DNA from: an uncultured Desulfobacterales bacterium
GTDB taxonomy: Bacteria; Desulfobacterota; DSM-4660; Desulfatiglandales; HGW-15
Direction: 5' to 3'
Length of the DNA: 64,000 nt
Assembly: GCA_964647905.1 (NCBI GenBank)
Contig: CAZYJR010000002.1
Coordinates: 7,198-71,197 of the forward strand
Positions 41,665-51,131 of the stretch are shown here, piece by piece. A program made the position numbers and the translations under genes. The notes beneath the pieces are model-generated. The model was not told the origin of the DNA and did not search any database. It saw only the letters and a list, made by a program, of their open reading frames with translations. Position 1 is the stretch's first letter; each line of letters opens with the position of its first letter.

Positions 41665-42222
41665 TTGAACCCGGCCCGCCCCCCGCAAGACCGTGTTTCC
41701 TATTACTTCAAGCCCCCGCGTGAAATCGACTCCCCCACCCTGGAGGCAGTCCGGGACCTGGTGGAGGCCGGCGGGGCGGTGGGTACATCCTGGACCGAGG
41801 AAAACCTCAGGGGGGCTGTACTGGTCGCATACGCCGCCCGCGAAGGCCGGGTGGTGGGCTGTACCATACTCAAGCGACCCAAAGAAGACTATAGAAAAAA
41901 GATAGAGGCGGCAACCGGCCTTGACCTCTCCGGTTACCTGGAGCGGGGCTACACAGCGGTCTCGGAGGAGTTCCGGGGACGCGGCATAGCGGACGCCCTT
42001 ATCAGAGGCCTGATCCGGCGCTCCTCGGAATACAGCGTCTATGTCACCATCCGGATGGACAACGGGCCCGCCCTCAGGCTCACCGAGAAGAACGGCATGC
42101 AGCCGGCGGCCCGCTTCCGCAACCCCCGCACGGGCCGCTTGCTGGGGCTTTTCGTCAACCGCCGGCCTCCTCCTCTCCCTGCTTCTTCTGGTAGTCCTGG
42201 ACGCGGTGGTGGAGCTTTCTGA
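41665..42222 (+). CDS. GNAT-like N-acetyltransferase (putative)
   Basis: RGRGIADALIRGLI matches GNAT motif A (R/Q-x-x-G-x-G/A). TTG start. The last 68 nt overlap the convergent 1079-aa gene, so the true C-terminus is uncertain. Confidence 0.55.
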   Translation: MNPARPPQDRVSYYFKPPREIDSPTLEAVRDLVEAGGAVGTSWTEENLRGAVLVAYAAREGRVVGCTILKRPKEDYRKKIEAATGLDLSGYLERGYTAVSEEFRGRGIADALIRGLIRRSSEYSVYVTIRMDNGPALRLTEKNGMQPAARFRNPRTGRLLGLFVNRRPPPLPASSGSPGRGGGAF

Positions 42223-45200
42223 GCCTGTGGCTCAGGACTTTGCATATGTGGAGCGCTATCTGAGGGTACTCCCTGACTATCTCCTCGAACTCCTTTTTAT
42301 GCAGGACCAAGAGCCGGGTCTCCTCCTCGGTCCGGATGGTGGCGGAGCGCACCTGGTCCTCGAACAGGGCCATCTCGCCGAAATAGTCGCCCGCGCTTAT
42401 TTGGTCGAGCTCTATTTCCTCCCCGGAGCCTCCCTTCTTTAACACCGAGACTCGGCCGGAGATGACCATGTACATGGTCTCCCCTTGTTCGCCTTCCCGT
42501 ATCACGTCCTCACCCGATGGGACCACCAGCTCCTCGGTGACAGATGCGATGGCGGCCATCTCTCCCACGGATAGGCCTTCGAATATCTGGATCCCTCGGA
42601 GCAGCAGGATCTTGTCCGGGATACTTATACTGGATTCCATGTCCATCTCCCTGGGAGGTCTTTCAGTGTCGATGCTCGCGGCAGCCTGCCGGGCTACGAA
42701 GCGCACGTGCGGGTTGTCCGCTTGGAGGAACGAGGAGCAGACGTCGGAAGCCTTTCCGTCGAACGCCCCCTTCTCCACCAGCTTGAGTGTGAGAACCACT
42801 GTGACCCAGTCATGTTTGGCCAGGAGATGCCTGCAGAGACCGTCCCCCGGCTCCAAGGCCGGTATCTTGAACTCTTTCCGGCCCCTTGACTCGATCTCGT
42901 CCGGCGATAGGTTTTCCAGCAAGGTGGCCATGAGCCTGGAAAGCCCCTTGCCCACGAAGTCGTCCAGGGCTTCCACAGCATTGGACCTCTGCCGGGAATC
43001 CGAGGAAAAAACCCCGCGCCAAATCAGGCGTATTCTGCCGGTATGGTCCTGTGCGGCCAATACCCTGAGCACCGTGTCCACGCGCTCCCGCTTTTTCTGC
43101 AGCAGGTGGTCCACCAAGAGATCCCGGTGGGGGCTCAGGCTCAACCCCTTGACCGCCTCCGCCTCTATTGCGTTCCTGTATGCCCGCTCCAACTGGCCGC
43201 GAGCAAACCGCATGACCTCCACATCCCTCATTTCCAGTGATTCAAGGAGCTCGAAGAGGTTTTTTCTGAGGCCCGGATTGGGTTGGCCCAGGAACTCTAC
43301 GAGGATTTCAGGGCGCTGGTAATCGGCCGCCTGCAGCCTTTCCCGGGCCAGATCCTGTAACTCCGGCTCACGATCGCCCAGCAATGGGGCAACCGCCCGC
43401 ACCGCCCCGTCCCCGTCCAGTCTCACCGCCTCCAGGGCGGCCCGGCGGACCCGGGGGTCTTCATGGGCGAGATAGGGCGATGCCCATTCGTTCAATTCGG
43501 GTTCGTCCAATCGCTCCATGGCCTGCAAGGCCAAGGAAACCTGCTCGGCGGGTAAGCCCGCCTCCAGAAGCGAGTGAAGGCGGCTGAGAAACGTCTTGTC
43601 CCCGGATACCCCTGCCGCCACTATTCCGGCCCGGCGTTCGCGCTCATCATTCGAGTCCAGCCATTGCTCAACCTCCTCCCGATAAGTCTCTGGGTCTTCC
43701 CGGTAGAGCCCGGCCAAGGCGTAGGCCCGAATGATCGGGTCCCGCCGCTCGGTATAGACCTCATGCATGAAATCCTTGGATATATTCACCGGCAGCCGGG
43801 CGGCGGCCCTGAGGACCGCGGTGTTCAGATCGGGCGTTCCCGCGTCCAGCAGCTCCCGGAACCCTTCGACCGCCGCCGGGCCTGCGTCGGGGGAAATCAG
43901 GCCCAGGAGCTCGATCTTGGTGGCTTCCTCCTGCGAGGGCAAGACCTCGAGGATGTAGGAATCAAGCTCTTCCACGCCCAGCGACCTGAGCAGCCGAGCG
44001 TACCACAACGAGCTCGTTCCTTTGGCTTTCCTGAAGGACTCCACCAACCGGCCCTTGATCTCCTTGTCGTTGAAAATTTGTGTGACATCGGCTTGCTCGA
44101 GGGATCTGATGTCCAGGAGATTTCGGGAGACCAAATCCAGTAGGATCTGGGAGTACTTCCGCTTGAACACGATCGTGGTCCCGACCCACACGCTCATGAA
44201 GACGAGCCCCACCACCGAGAGATACCTAGGATGAAGCAATCCCTCGCTCAGCATGATCACTCCTGATCCCGCGAGGATTCCAACCCGCACCACGGTTCCT
44301 CTCAGAAAGGGGCGTATCAGTGCGCGGTGCTCCGGGGGGAAGAGTCCCATCAGGACGGCGCGCGCCGGGTTGTTGATCGTTGTCCTCAGGATGTTGGTGG
44401 AAAGCCTCGCATACATGGCCGAGAACAGGTCGAAGCGGAGCAGGAAGGCCAGGAAGGCCACCACGTAGTTGAACGGGTGGAACATCAGGGCCACCGGGAC
44501 GCCCCAGCGGCCGTATACCCGGCCCACAAACAGGAGGATCACGAAGCTCACGATGTTCAGTGTACCTCTGAAGTAGCCGAAGAACTCTATCATTCCCCCT
44601 TCGGTGGCAAAGGACCGATCCACAGCGAAATTGAACTGGTAGTTGAGTATCGGAATCACCAGATTGGGAACCAGGGTAAGGAGGACCAGGATTTTGACCA
44701 ACGCGGAGTCACGAATCAGCGGCAGGACCTCCCTGATTTCCTGCTTGAGGGACTTCCTCTTCTTGACCTTCTTTACCCTGCCCTCGGGGAGCATGAGGGT
44801 GGGGAAGAGGGAGTCCATGCGCCTTACCACCACCGCCCCTGCCAGGGCCACGATCAAGTAGGCCCACAACAGGTTGTCGATTCGAAAGAGCCTTGCTGCG
44901 ACAGGGGTCCCGAAACTGCCCAGTATGCCGCCTATAACCCCGCCGGCGGTAATCAGGGGAAAAAGTCGTTTGGACTGCCGGGTGTCGAAGAGGTCGTTGG
45001 CCAGGTTCCAGAAGAGCAGCCCCAGGAGGACCTCGTACAGAGACTTGAGAATAAAGAGCAGCGGGTAGAGGAGATCGATTCCAAACGGTATCAGGAGCCT
45101 GAAGCCGGCCACTGTTCCGCCGCAGAAGACAAGCATGTAGCCCAGGAGCCTGCTCCCCGGCAGCCTGGCCATGAATCCCGAGACCAGCCCCATGACAACA

Positions 45201-45394
45201 AACGTGGTCACGGAAGTCGCCACGTAGACCAGGGGGAGATACTCCACACCGAATCTCTTGAGAAAGGCGGTTTCGGCGAAGTTGTTGAAAATGACGTCTG
45301 CTGAGCGGATCAGGAAAAGAAGGGCCGTGGACCAAAGGAAAAGACGTATCTCGTCTTCGTAGATCTTGAGCCACCTGCCCAGGAGCCGGGTCAT
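42155..45394 (-). CDS. fusion: TLC/Npt-type (ATP/ADP-translocase-like MFS) transporter + HEAT repeats + cyclic-nucleotide-binding domain
   Basis: The N-terminal ~430 aa are polytopic with FWNLANDLFDTRQSKRLFPLITAGGVIGGILG, the TLC signature FW-x-AN...(A/S)KR.(F/Y). The middle has HEAT/armadillo-like repeats (EDPRVRRAALEAV, DPIIRAYALAGL). The C-terminus has a cNMP-binding domain (GDYFGEMALFE...RSATIRT). Confidence 0.75.
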   Translation of the reverse strand: MTRLLGRWLKIYEDEIRLFLWSTALLFLIRSADVIFNNFAETAFLKRFGVEYLPLVYVATSVTTFVVMGLVSGFMARLPGSRLLGYMLVFCGGTVAGFRLLIPFGIDLLYPLLFILKSLYEVLLGLLFWNLANDLFDTRQSKRLFPLITAGGVIGGILGSFGTPVAARLFRIDNLLWAYLIVALAGAVVVRRMDSLFPTLMLPEGRVKKVKKRKSLKQEIREVLPLIRDSALVKILVLLTLVPNLVIPILNYQFNFAVDRSFATEGGMIEFFGYFRGTLNIVSFVILLFVGRVYGRWGVPVALMFHPFNYVVAFLAFLLRFDLFSAMYARLSTNILRTTINNPARAVLMGLFPPEHRALIRPFLRGTVVRVGILAGSGVIMLSEGLLHPRYLSVVGLVFMSVWVGTTIVFKRKYSQILLDLVSRNLLDIRSLEQADVTQIFNDKEIKGRLVESFRKAKGTSSLWYARLLRSLGVEELDSYILEVLPSQEEATKIELLGLISPDAGPAAVEGFRELLDAGTPDLNTAVLRAAARLPVNISKDFMHEVYTERRDPIIRAYALAGLYREDPETYREEVEQWLDSNDERERRAGIVAAGVSGDKTFLSRLHSLLEAGLPAEQVSLALQAMERLDEPELNEWASPYLAHEDPRVRRAALEAVRLDGDGAVRAVAPLLGDREPELQDLARERLQAADYQRPEILVEFLGQPNPGLRKNLFELLESLEMRDVEVMRFARGQLERAYRNAIEAEAVKGLSLSPHRDLLVDHLLQKKRERVDTVLRVLAAQDHTGRIRLIWRGVFSSDSRQRSNAVEALDDFVGKGLSRLMATLLENLSPDEIESRGRKEFKIPALEPGDGLCRHLLAKHDWVTVVLTLKLVEKGAFDGKASDVCSSFLQADNPHVRFVARQAAASIDTERPPREMDMESSISIPDKILLLRGIQIFEGLSVGEMAAIASVTEELVVPSGEDVIREGEQGETMYMVISGRVSVLKKGGSGEEIELDQISAGDYFGEMALFEDQVRSATIRTEEETRLLVLHKKEFEEIVREYPQIALHICKVLSHRLRKLHHRVQDYQKKQGEEEAGG

Positions 45395-45641
45395 CAGCCT
45401 CCCCGAACCGTAATGAGAAAAAAGGAAAAGACCGGTGATAAGGAGTTATTCAGCAAAGTCCTTAACCCGGGGGGGCTTACCTGTCAAGGCATTATTCCGA
45501 TCCCCGCCCTCCAGTGGGGTGACCAAGGAAAAGACGGTCTCATAGACTTCTAATGCGCGGTTCACACTCCGCTAATGAGCCGGGCCTAGCTTTCCAACAT
45601 AGGCAAGGGCGAACCGCCCCGATTCTTCCGTCCGGGGCGGC

Positions 45642-45681
45642 CTGTTCACGGAGTTTTCATCAAACCCTAATGGAACCCTAA
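45642..45681 (+). promoter_or_regulatory. candidate Pho-box-like array (7-bp repeats at 11-bp periodicity) upstream of pstS
   Basis: CTGTTCAC-ggag-TTTTCAT-caa-ACCCTAA-tgga-ACCCTAA. The last two 7-mers are identical direct repeats with a 4-bp spacer. Sits 45-85 bp upstream of the pstS ATG. Confidence 0.35.
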
Positions 45682-45726
45682 CAAGGGCTCCGTATGTTCC
45701 AATTAACCAAGAGAGGAGGAAGAAAC

Positions 45727-46548
45727 ATGAGAGGAAAGAGAGTCTGGTCTTGTATGGTATCTGTTGCAGTGCTCCTTATGGCTTGGGGGCCGGCCTGGGC
45801 CGGGAATATCGTCATAAAGGGATCCACCACCGTCCTCCCCATAGCCCAGAAAGTGGCCGAGGTTTACATGAAGGAGAATCCGGATGTCAGAATATCCATT
45901 TCCGGCGGTGGCTCGGGTAACGGCATAAAGGCCTTGATAGACGGATCCACCGACATTGCGGACAGCTCCAGGTTCATCAAGGACAAGGAAGTCAAGATGG
46001 CCGTGCAAGCGGGCAGATACCCCGTCCCATTCGCCGTGGCCTATGATTGTATCATCCCGGTGGTCCACGCCTCCAATACGATTCAGGATTTGTCCCTCGC
46101 GCAGTTGAAGGCGCTCTACGAGGGCGGGATCAAGAACTGGAAGGAACTGGGCGGACCGGATCGCCCGGTGGTGGTCATCTCCCGGGATACCTCCAGCGGC
46201 ACCTACGAGGTTTGGGCGAAGAAGGTAATGGAAAAGGAACGGGTTTATCCGGGTGCGCTTCTCCAGGCCTCCAACGGTGCGGTGGTCCAGGCGGTGGCCA
46301 AGAACAAGAACGCAATCGGCTATATCGGCATAGGATACATGGACGCGGAGGTCAAGGCTTTGACTGTTAACGGCATACATGGTTCCGAGGAGACCACCCT
46401 AAACGGGACCTACCCGGTGAGCCGCCCCCTGTTCATGTTCACCCAAGGGTGGCCCAAGGGGGATGTGGCCAAGTTCATCAACTTCCTTATCCACCCTGAA
46501 AAGGGGCAGAGGTATGTGAGTGAAGCGGGCTACGTCCCGCTCTACTAG
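45727..46548 (+). CDS. pstS: phosphate ABC transporter substrate-binding protein
   Basis: Signal peptide, then GSTTVLPIAQKVAEVY...SGGGSGNGIKALIDGSTDIADSSR. GAGGAGGA RBS before the ATG at 45727. Confidence 0.9.
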   Translation: MRGKRVWSCMVSVAVLLMAWGPAWAGNIVIKGSTTVLPIAQKVAEVYMKENPDVRISISGGGSGNGIKALIDGSTDIADSSRFIKDKEVKMAVQAGRYPVPFAVAYDCIIPVVHASNTIQDLSLAQLKALYEGGIKNWKELGGPDRPVVVISRDTSSGTYEVWAKKVMEKERVYPGALLQASNGAVVQAVAKNKNAIGYIGIGYMDAEVKALTVNGIHGSEETTLNGTYPVSRPLFMFTQGWPKGDVAKFINFLIHPEKGQRYVSEAGYVPLY

Positions 46549-46570
46549 GCGGGGGAGATCTTTCGACTCC

Positions 46571-47485
46571 ATGATCCACTCGAGAGACAGGAGCGGCCTC
46601 GGCCGCAAGAGAAAGGAGGCGGCCGTCCGTGTGGGATTCCTCACGGTCGGCTTGGCCTCCATCATCACCTTGGGTATGATCGCCCTCTTTCTTTTCATGG
46701 AGGGCCTCCCCATACTGAAAGAGGTCTCGGTCCGGGATTTCATCCTGGGAGAGTACTGGTATCCCACCCATGAGCCACCGGATTTCGGGATCTTTCCCTT
46801 GATAGCGGCATCGGCTGCCGTTACCGCGGTCTCTTCGGCAATGGCCGTCCCCCTGGGCGTGCTGACCGCGCTCTATTTGGCCGAAGCCGCGTCCAGCCGG
46901 GTTAGGAATTTCATAAAGCCCCTGGTGGAGCTCCTGGCCGCCCTACCCTCGGTAGTCCTGGGCTTCTTCGGTATGGTGGTGGTAGCCCCCGTTCTCCAGG
47001 AGACCTTCGGGGTCGCCACCGGCCTCAATCTGTTCAACGCCTCCCTGATGCTGGCCTTCATGTCCGTTCCCACGATTTGCAGCATCTCGGAGGACGCCGT
47101 CTACAGCGTGCCCACGGAGCTCAAGGAGGCCTCCTTGGCCCTTGGCGCAACCCGGTGGGAGACCATCTGGAGGGTGGTCCTGCCCGCGTCTCTGTCGGGA
47201 ATCACCACTGCGGTAATCCTGGGCATGAGCCGGGCCATGGGAGAGACCATGGTGGTATTGATGGTGGCAGGCGGGGCGGCCATGGTACCGGGATCCCTGT
47301 TCGACCCGGTAAGACCCATGCCGGCGTCCATCGCCGCTGAGATGGCCGAAGCGCCTTTCCGTGGAGACCATTATCATGCGCTTTTCGCAACTGCCGTGGT
47401 CCTTTTTTTGTTCACCCTGGCATTCAACCTGGTGGCCGAACAGGTGAGCCACCGCTACAAGCAGGTGGGCGCGTCGACCCTATAG
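46571..47485 (+). CDS. pstC: phosphate ABC transporter permease PstC
   Basis: EASLALGATRWETIWRVVLPASLSGI EAA-type loop with a 6-TM pattern. Confidence 0.9.
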   Translation: MIHSRDRSGLGRKRKEAAVRVGFLTVGLASIITLGMIALFLFMEGLPILKEVSVRDFILGEYWYPTHEPPDFGIFPLIAASAAVTAVSSAMAVPLGVLTALYLAEAASSRVRNFIKPLVELLAALPSVVLGFFGMVVVAPVLQETFGVATGLNLFNASLMLAFMSVPTICSISEDAVYSVPTELKEASLALGATRWETIWRVVLPASLSGITTAVILGMSRAMGETMVVLMVAGGAAMVPGSLFDPVRPMPASIAAEMAEAPFRGDHYHALFATAVVLFLFTLAFNLVAEQVSHRYKQVGASTL

Positions 47486-47503
47486 CAATCGGGCCGTGAG
47501 ACA

Positions 47504-48427
47504 ATGATCGGTATGCACCAAGAGCAGGAAAACCGGGCACACTGGTATCCGGATGAAGGACAAGGGGCGCTCGGGGTCAAGCCCGGGCGAAGGATGACAC
47601 AGGCGGTGATGTTCTGGCTCTTTCGGATCGCCGCTGGAATCAACGGTCTCGCATTGGCGCTGATTCTTTTCTTCCTGGTGAGCCGGGGGTGGCGGGCCAT
47701 AAACTGGACCTTCCTCACCCAGGCCCCCAGGGAGTCCATGACCCAGGGGGGAATATTCCCCTGCATCGTGGGCACCCTTTGTCTAAGCCTGGGAGCGATT
47801 CTTGTGGCCCTGCCGGTCGGGGTGGCGTCGGCCATCTACCTCCACGAATACGCCGGGCCCGGCAGAGCGGTTCGGATCATCAGGCTGGGGATCAACAATC
47901 TGGCCGGCGTTCCTTCTGTGGTCTTCGGGCTCTTCGGGCTGGCCTTTTTCGTGGTCTATCTGGATATGGGGGTGAGCGTCCTGGCAGGGGCGCTCACCCT
48001 GGGGGCAATGACGCTGCCGGTGATAATAGGCTCGGCTGAAGAGGCCTTGAAATCGGTGCCCGATACGTACAGGGAGGCCTCCCTCGGTCTGGGCGCAACC
48101 AAGTGGCAGACCATATACCGCGTGGTCCTGCCCGCCGCCCTGCCCGGGATTTTGACCGGGGCCATACTGGGAATCAGCAGGGCCGCCGGAGAGACGGCCC
48201 CAATAATGTTCACGGCCGCGGTCTTCTACACCCCGGGACTTCCCTCTTCAGTTTTTGATGAGATAATGGCCCTTCCTTATCATATCTATGTCCTGGCCAC
48301 GGCCGGCACAGAGATAGAGGCCACCAGGCATCTCCAATACGGGACCGCTCTGGTATTGATTGTCCTTGTCTTGGGGCTCAACCTCATAGCGGTGCTCTAC
48401 CGCTCACGCCTCCAGAAGCGGCGCTGA
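47504..48427 (+). CDS. pstA: phosphate ABC transporter permease PstA
   Basis: EASLGLGATKWQTIYRVVLPAALPGILTG, with permease topology. Confidence 0.9.
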   Translation: MIGMHQEQENRAHWYPDEGQGALGVKPGRRMTQAVMFWLFRIAAGINGLALALILFFLVSRGWRAINWTFLTQAPRESMTQGGIFPCIVGTLCLSLGAILVALPVGVASAIYLHEYAGPGRAVRIIRLGINNLAGVPSVVFGLFGLAFFVVYLDMGVSVLAGALTLGAMTLPVIIGSAEEALKSVPDTYREASLGLGATKWQTIYRVVLPAALPGILTGAILGISRAAGETAPIMFTAAVFYTPGLPSSVFDEIMALPYHIYVLATAGTEIEATRHLQYGTALVLIVLVLGLNLIAVLYRSRLQKRR

Positions 48428-48463
48428 GAAAAAAAGACTCACGGGAGGTTCGTTTTTCATACC

Positions 48464-49231
48464 ATGGATCAAGCTGTCTCGGCAAAGATCGTGACCAAGG
48501 ACCTGAACTTCTATTACCGGGACTTTAGGGCTCTTCAAGGAATCTCTCTGGAGTTTCAGGCCGAAGGGGTTACCGCGCTCATCGGCCCTTCGGGTTGCGG
48601 CAAGAGCACCCTGCTGAGATGCCTCAACCGGATGAACGACCTCATCCCCGGAACACGCGTAGGCGGGGAAGTGATTTATGCGGGGCGGGACATATACGAT
48701 CCTGCTGTTGACGTGGTCACACTCAGGCGCCGTATCGGCATGGTCTTCCAAAAGCCCAACCCCTTTCCCAAGACAGTATTCGACAACATCGCCTACGGCT
48801 TGCGGGTCAACGGGATCAGGGACCGGGGAAAAATCGAGGAACAGGTGGAAACCAGCCTCAGGAGGGCCGCCCTTTGGGACGAGGTCAAGGACCGCCTGAG
48901 GCAGTCGGCCTTGGGCCTTTCCGGAGGGCAGCAGCAGAGGCTCTGCATCGCAAGGGCCTTGGCCGTGGAACCGGACGTCCTGCTTATGGACGAGCCGGCC
49001 TCAGCCCTGGACCCGATAGCCACCCAGAAGATAGAGGAGTTGATCCACGAACTCAAAGACTCCTACACCATCATTATCGTAACCCACAACATGCAGCAGG
49101 CCGCCCGAGTCTCGGACATCACAGCCTTTCTCTACATGGGCCGGCTGATAGAGGTGGGGCCCACGGACACCCTCTTCACCCGGCCGCATTTGAAGCAGAC
49201 ATCCGATTACATAACAGGCAGGTTCGGGTAG
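48464..49231 (+). CDS. pstB: phosphate ABC transporter ATP-binding protein
   Basis: GPSGCGKST Walker [26 protein letters not shown], and a PstB-specific C-terminus ...YITGRFG. Confidence 0.95.
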   Translation: MDQAVSAKIVTKDLNFYYRDFRALQGISLEFQAEGVTALIGPSGCGKSTLLRCLNRMNDLIPGTRVGGEVIYAGRDIYDPAVDVVTLRRRIGMVFQKPNPFPKTVFDNIAYGLRVNGIRDRGKIEEQVETSLRRAALWDEVKDRLRQSALGLSGGQQQRLCIARALAVEPDVLLMDEPASALDPIATQKIEELIHELKDSYTIIIVTHNMQQAARVSDITAFLYMGRLIEVGPTDTLFTRPHLKQTSDYITGRFG

Positions 49232-49256
49232 AAGTGGGCGATGAGAGGAAAAGCGT

Positions 49257-49940
49257 ATGCCCAAGCACTTGGTAAAGGCCCTCCAACGATTGAAGATCCG
49301 GATATTATCTCTGGGGGGTATGGTGGAAGAGAGGGTCAGGATGGCCAACCGGGCCATGGCGCTCCGCGACACTCCCCTTGCAGAGAGGGTCATATCCACC
49401 GACTATGAGATAGACGACCTGGAGGTGGAAGTCGAGGAGGAGTGCCTCAAGATAATCGCCCTGCATCAGCCGGTGGCCGGCGACCTGCGATTCCTCACCG
49501 CGGTCATCAAGATCAACAACGACCTGGAACGGATCGGAGACGAGGCTGTCAACATAGCAAGATGCGTTAGAATAATCGGCCGGCAGGAACCGGTGGCCTT
49601 TCCGGTGGACTTCGCCCCCATGGCCGAAAAGACCCAGTCCATGCTCAAGATGAGCCTGGACGCGCTGGTCAACATGGACCTGGATACGGCCTTCAAAGTC
49701 CTCACCCTGGACGACGAGGTGGACGTCATATACAGCAGGATCTACGACAAGGGCAAAGAGGCGATCCGCGGCGAGCCGGAGCGGGTGGAATACTTGATAA
49801 ACCTGCTCCTGATTTCCCGTTACCTGGAGAGGATCGCGGACCACGCCACTAACATCGCCGAGGAAGTGATCTACATGGTGGAGGGAGAAATCATACGACA
49901 CGGCAGGTGGGACCACCAGGACCCCGGGACCAGGTCCTAG
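49257..49940 (+). CDS. phoU: phosphate signalling regulator PhoU
   Basis: Duplicated PhoU repeat with two E(R)IGD(E/H)A motifs (DLERIGDEAVNIA and YLERIADHATNIA). Confidence 0.9.
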   Translation: MPKHLVKALQRLKIRILSLGGMVEERVRMANRAMALRDTPLAERVISTDYEIDDLEVEVEEECLKIIALHQPVAGDLRFLTAVIKINNDLERIGDEAVNIARCVRIIGRQEPVAFPVDFAPMAEKTQSMLKMSLDALVNMDLDTAFKVLTLDDEVDVIYSRIYDKGKEAIRGEPERVEYLINLLLISRYLERIADHATNIAEEVIYMVEGEIIRHGRWDHQDPGTRS

Positions 49941-49956
49941 GGTCTCAATTAGTCTG

Positions 49957-49972
49957 GTTTCCGTCCGGAAAC
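49957..49972. terminator. candidate bidirectional hairpin between convergent genes
   Basis: GTTTCC-GTCC-GGAAAC (6-bp stem) between the phoU stop (49940) and the stop of the minus-strand membrane gene (50016). No strong U-tract. Confidence 0.25.
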
Positions 49973-50015
49973 GGCCCTTTCCGCCCCCTGGAAACCCGCT
50001 GGTGCCGAGAACTCA

Positions 50016-51131
50016 TCATGGATGCGCGCCGGCTTGGTTCGGGCTGTAGGGCTCGCGCCACCCGACCAGGAGGTCGGCCACCACCACGCACTCCAGCCCG
50101 AAGGGTAGGTATCCCGCATAGCCTAAGAGCGGCATCTCGAAGAGCTGGAATCCATGGACGTAGGGGATGGAATATATCCATTTCGGATAACTGTAGATAT
50201 TCCACATCTCCCAAAAAAACCCGCATACAAGGGCGGCGCTCGATGCGGTGACGATTTCCCGCCAATCCCCATTGGTCACCGGTGACAAGATATGGGGCCT
50301 GGACGCCGCGCCGTCCAGTGCGACCAGTATGATCAGTGGAGAGACCCACAGCAGGGGATAGGTGTAATTGGGCCATACCCCAATGGCGGCCAGGCCCGCA
50401 CCCGCCACGATCAGGCAGAACCACGAGAGGGCCCTTGGTGCGGGCGCCCTGATGGCGATGAAATCCTTAAATCCTCTCTCAGGCAATGAAAAGGTCTCTA
50501 TTAGGGCCTTGGTACCCAGTACCGCCGGCAGCACGGTGGAGAAGGGCAGAGTGGCGGACCAGAAGTAGGACCATGAATCCAGGTCGCTGCCTGCGTAATA
50601 CCAGTTCTGCACAAAGCGGTTGAGGTACTCGAAAAACCACCAGAAAGCGGCGCTTGACGGGAAGAGCAGAAGATAGGACCGGGTGCGGTCCGTCAGGGGG
50701 CTCCTGCCGCTCCTCCTAAAGGCCAGGGCGTTGACCACCAGTATGTATCCCACCCAGAGCGGCGTAAATGTCCAGCCTTGGAGCCACGCCAGAGAAAGGG
50801 TGTCGCTCCAGGCGAACACCCAGGAGACGGCGGCGAGGGCGGCCCCTGCCCATCCCCACCACGGAAGCGAACGCCTCGGCGGCAAGGAGCCGGAGTCCCG
50901 CAGCCGCATGCTTTTCAAGGCCCTGACCAGCAAGGGCCCGAGAACCAAGGCCAGGAAGAGCCCCAGGGCGGCGAATACGCCCCAGGAGAAGGGCTCGTGT
51001 TCGACGTAGCGCGTCCGCGGAGGGAACTCCAGGTAAAGATCCAAAGGCCTCCCGCTCGCCACTATCCCGGCCGCAGGCAGGCCCACGAGCATGACCACCG
51101 TGACAGGCAACCTTACCCAATGCCGTCCCAT
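50016..51131 (-). CDS. hypothetical polytopic membrane protein
   Basis: 371 aa with ~9-10 hydrophobic segments, Trp/Tyr-rich loops (FWWFFEYLNRFVQNWYY, FWEMWNIYSYPKWIY). Family not recognised. Confidence 0.6.
   Translation of the reverse strand: MGRHWVRLPVTVVMLVGLPAAGIVASGRPLDLYLEFPPRTRYVEHEPFSWGVFAALGLFLALVLGPLLVRALKSMRLRDSGSLPPRRSLPWWGWAGAALAAVSWVFAWSDTLSLAWLQGWTFTPLWVGYILVVNALAFRRSGRSPLTDRTRSYLLLFPSSAAFWWFFEYLNRFVQNWYYAGSDLDSWSYFWSATLPFSTVLPAVLGTKALIETFSLPERGFKDFIAIRAPAPRALSWFCLIVAGAGLAAIGVWPNYTYPLLWVSPLIILVALDGAASRPHILSPVTNGDWREIVTASSAALVCGFFWEMWNIYSYPKWIYSIPYVHGFQLFEMPLLGYAGYLPFGLECVVVADLLVGWREPYSPNQAGAHP

Noticed and set aside
44327-45304. 325-aa plus-strand ORF and neighbours (42462..43322, 43574..44143)
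   Set aside because: They are antisense to the 1079-aa TLC-HEAT-cNMP gene, and their composition is not protein-like.
45664-45681. Telomere-like CCCTAA repeats
   Set aside because: There are only two copies, separated by a 4-bp spacer, in a promoter region. They are better explained as phased 7-mer direct repeats (Pho-box-type architecture).
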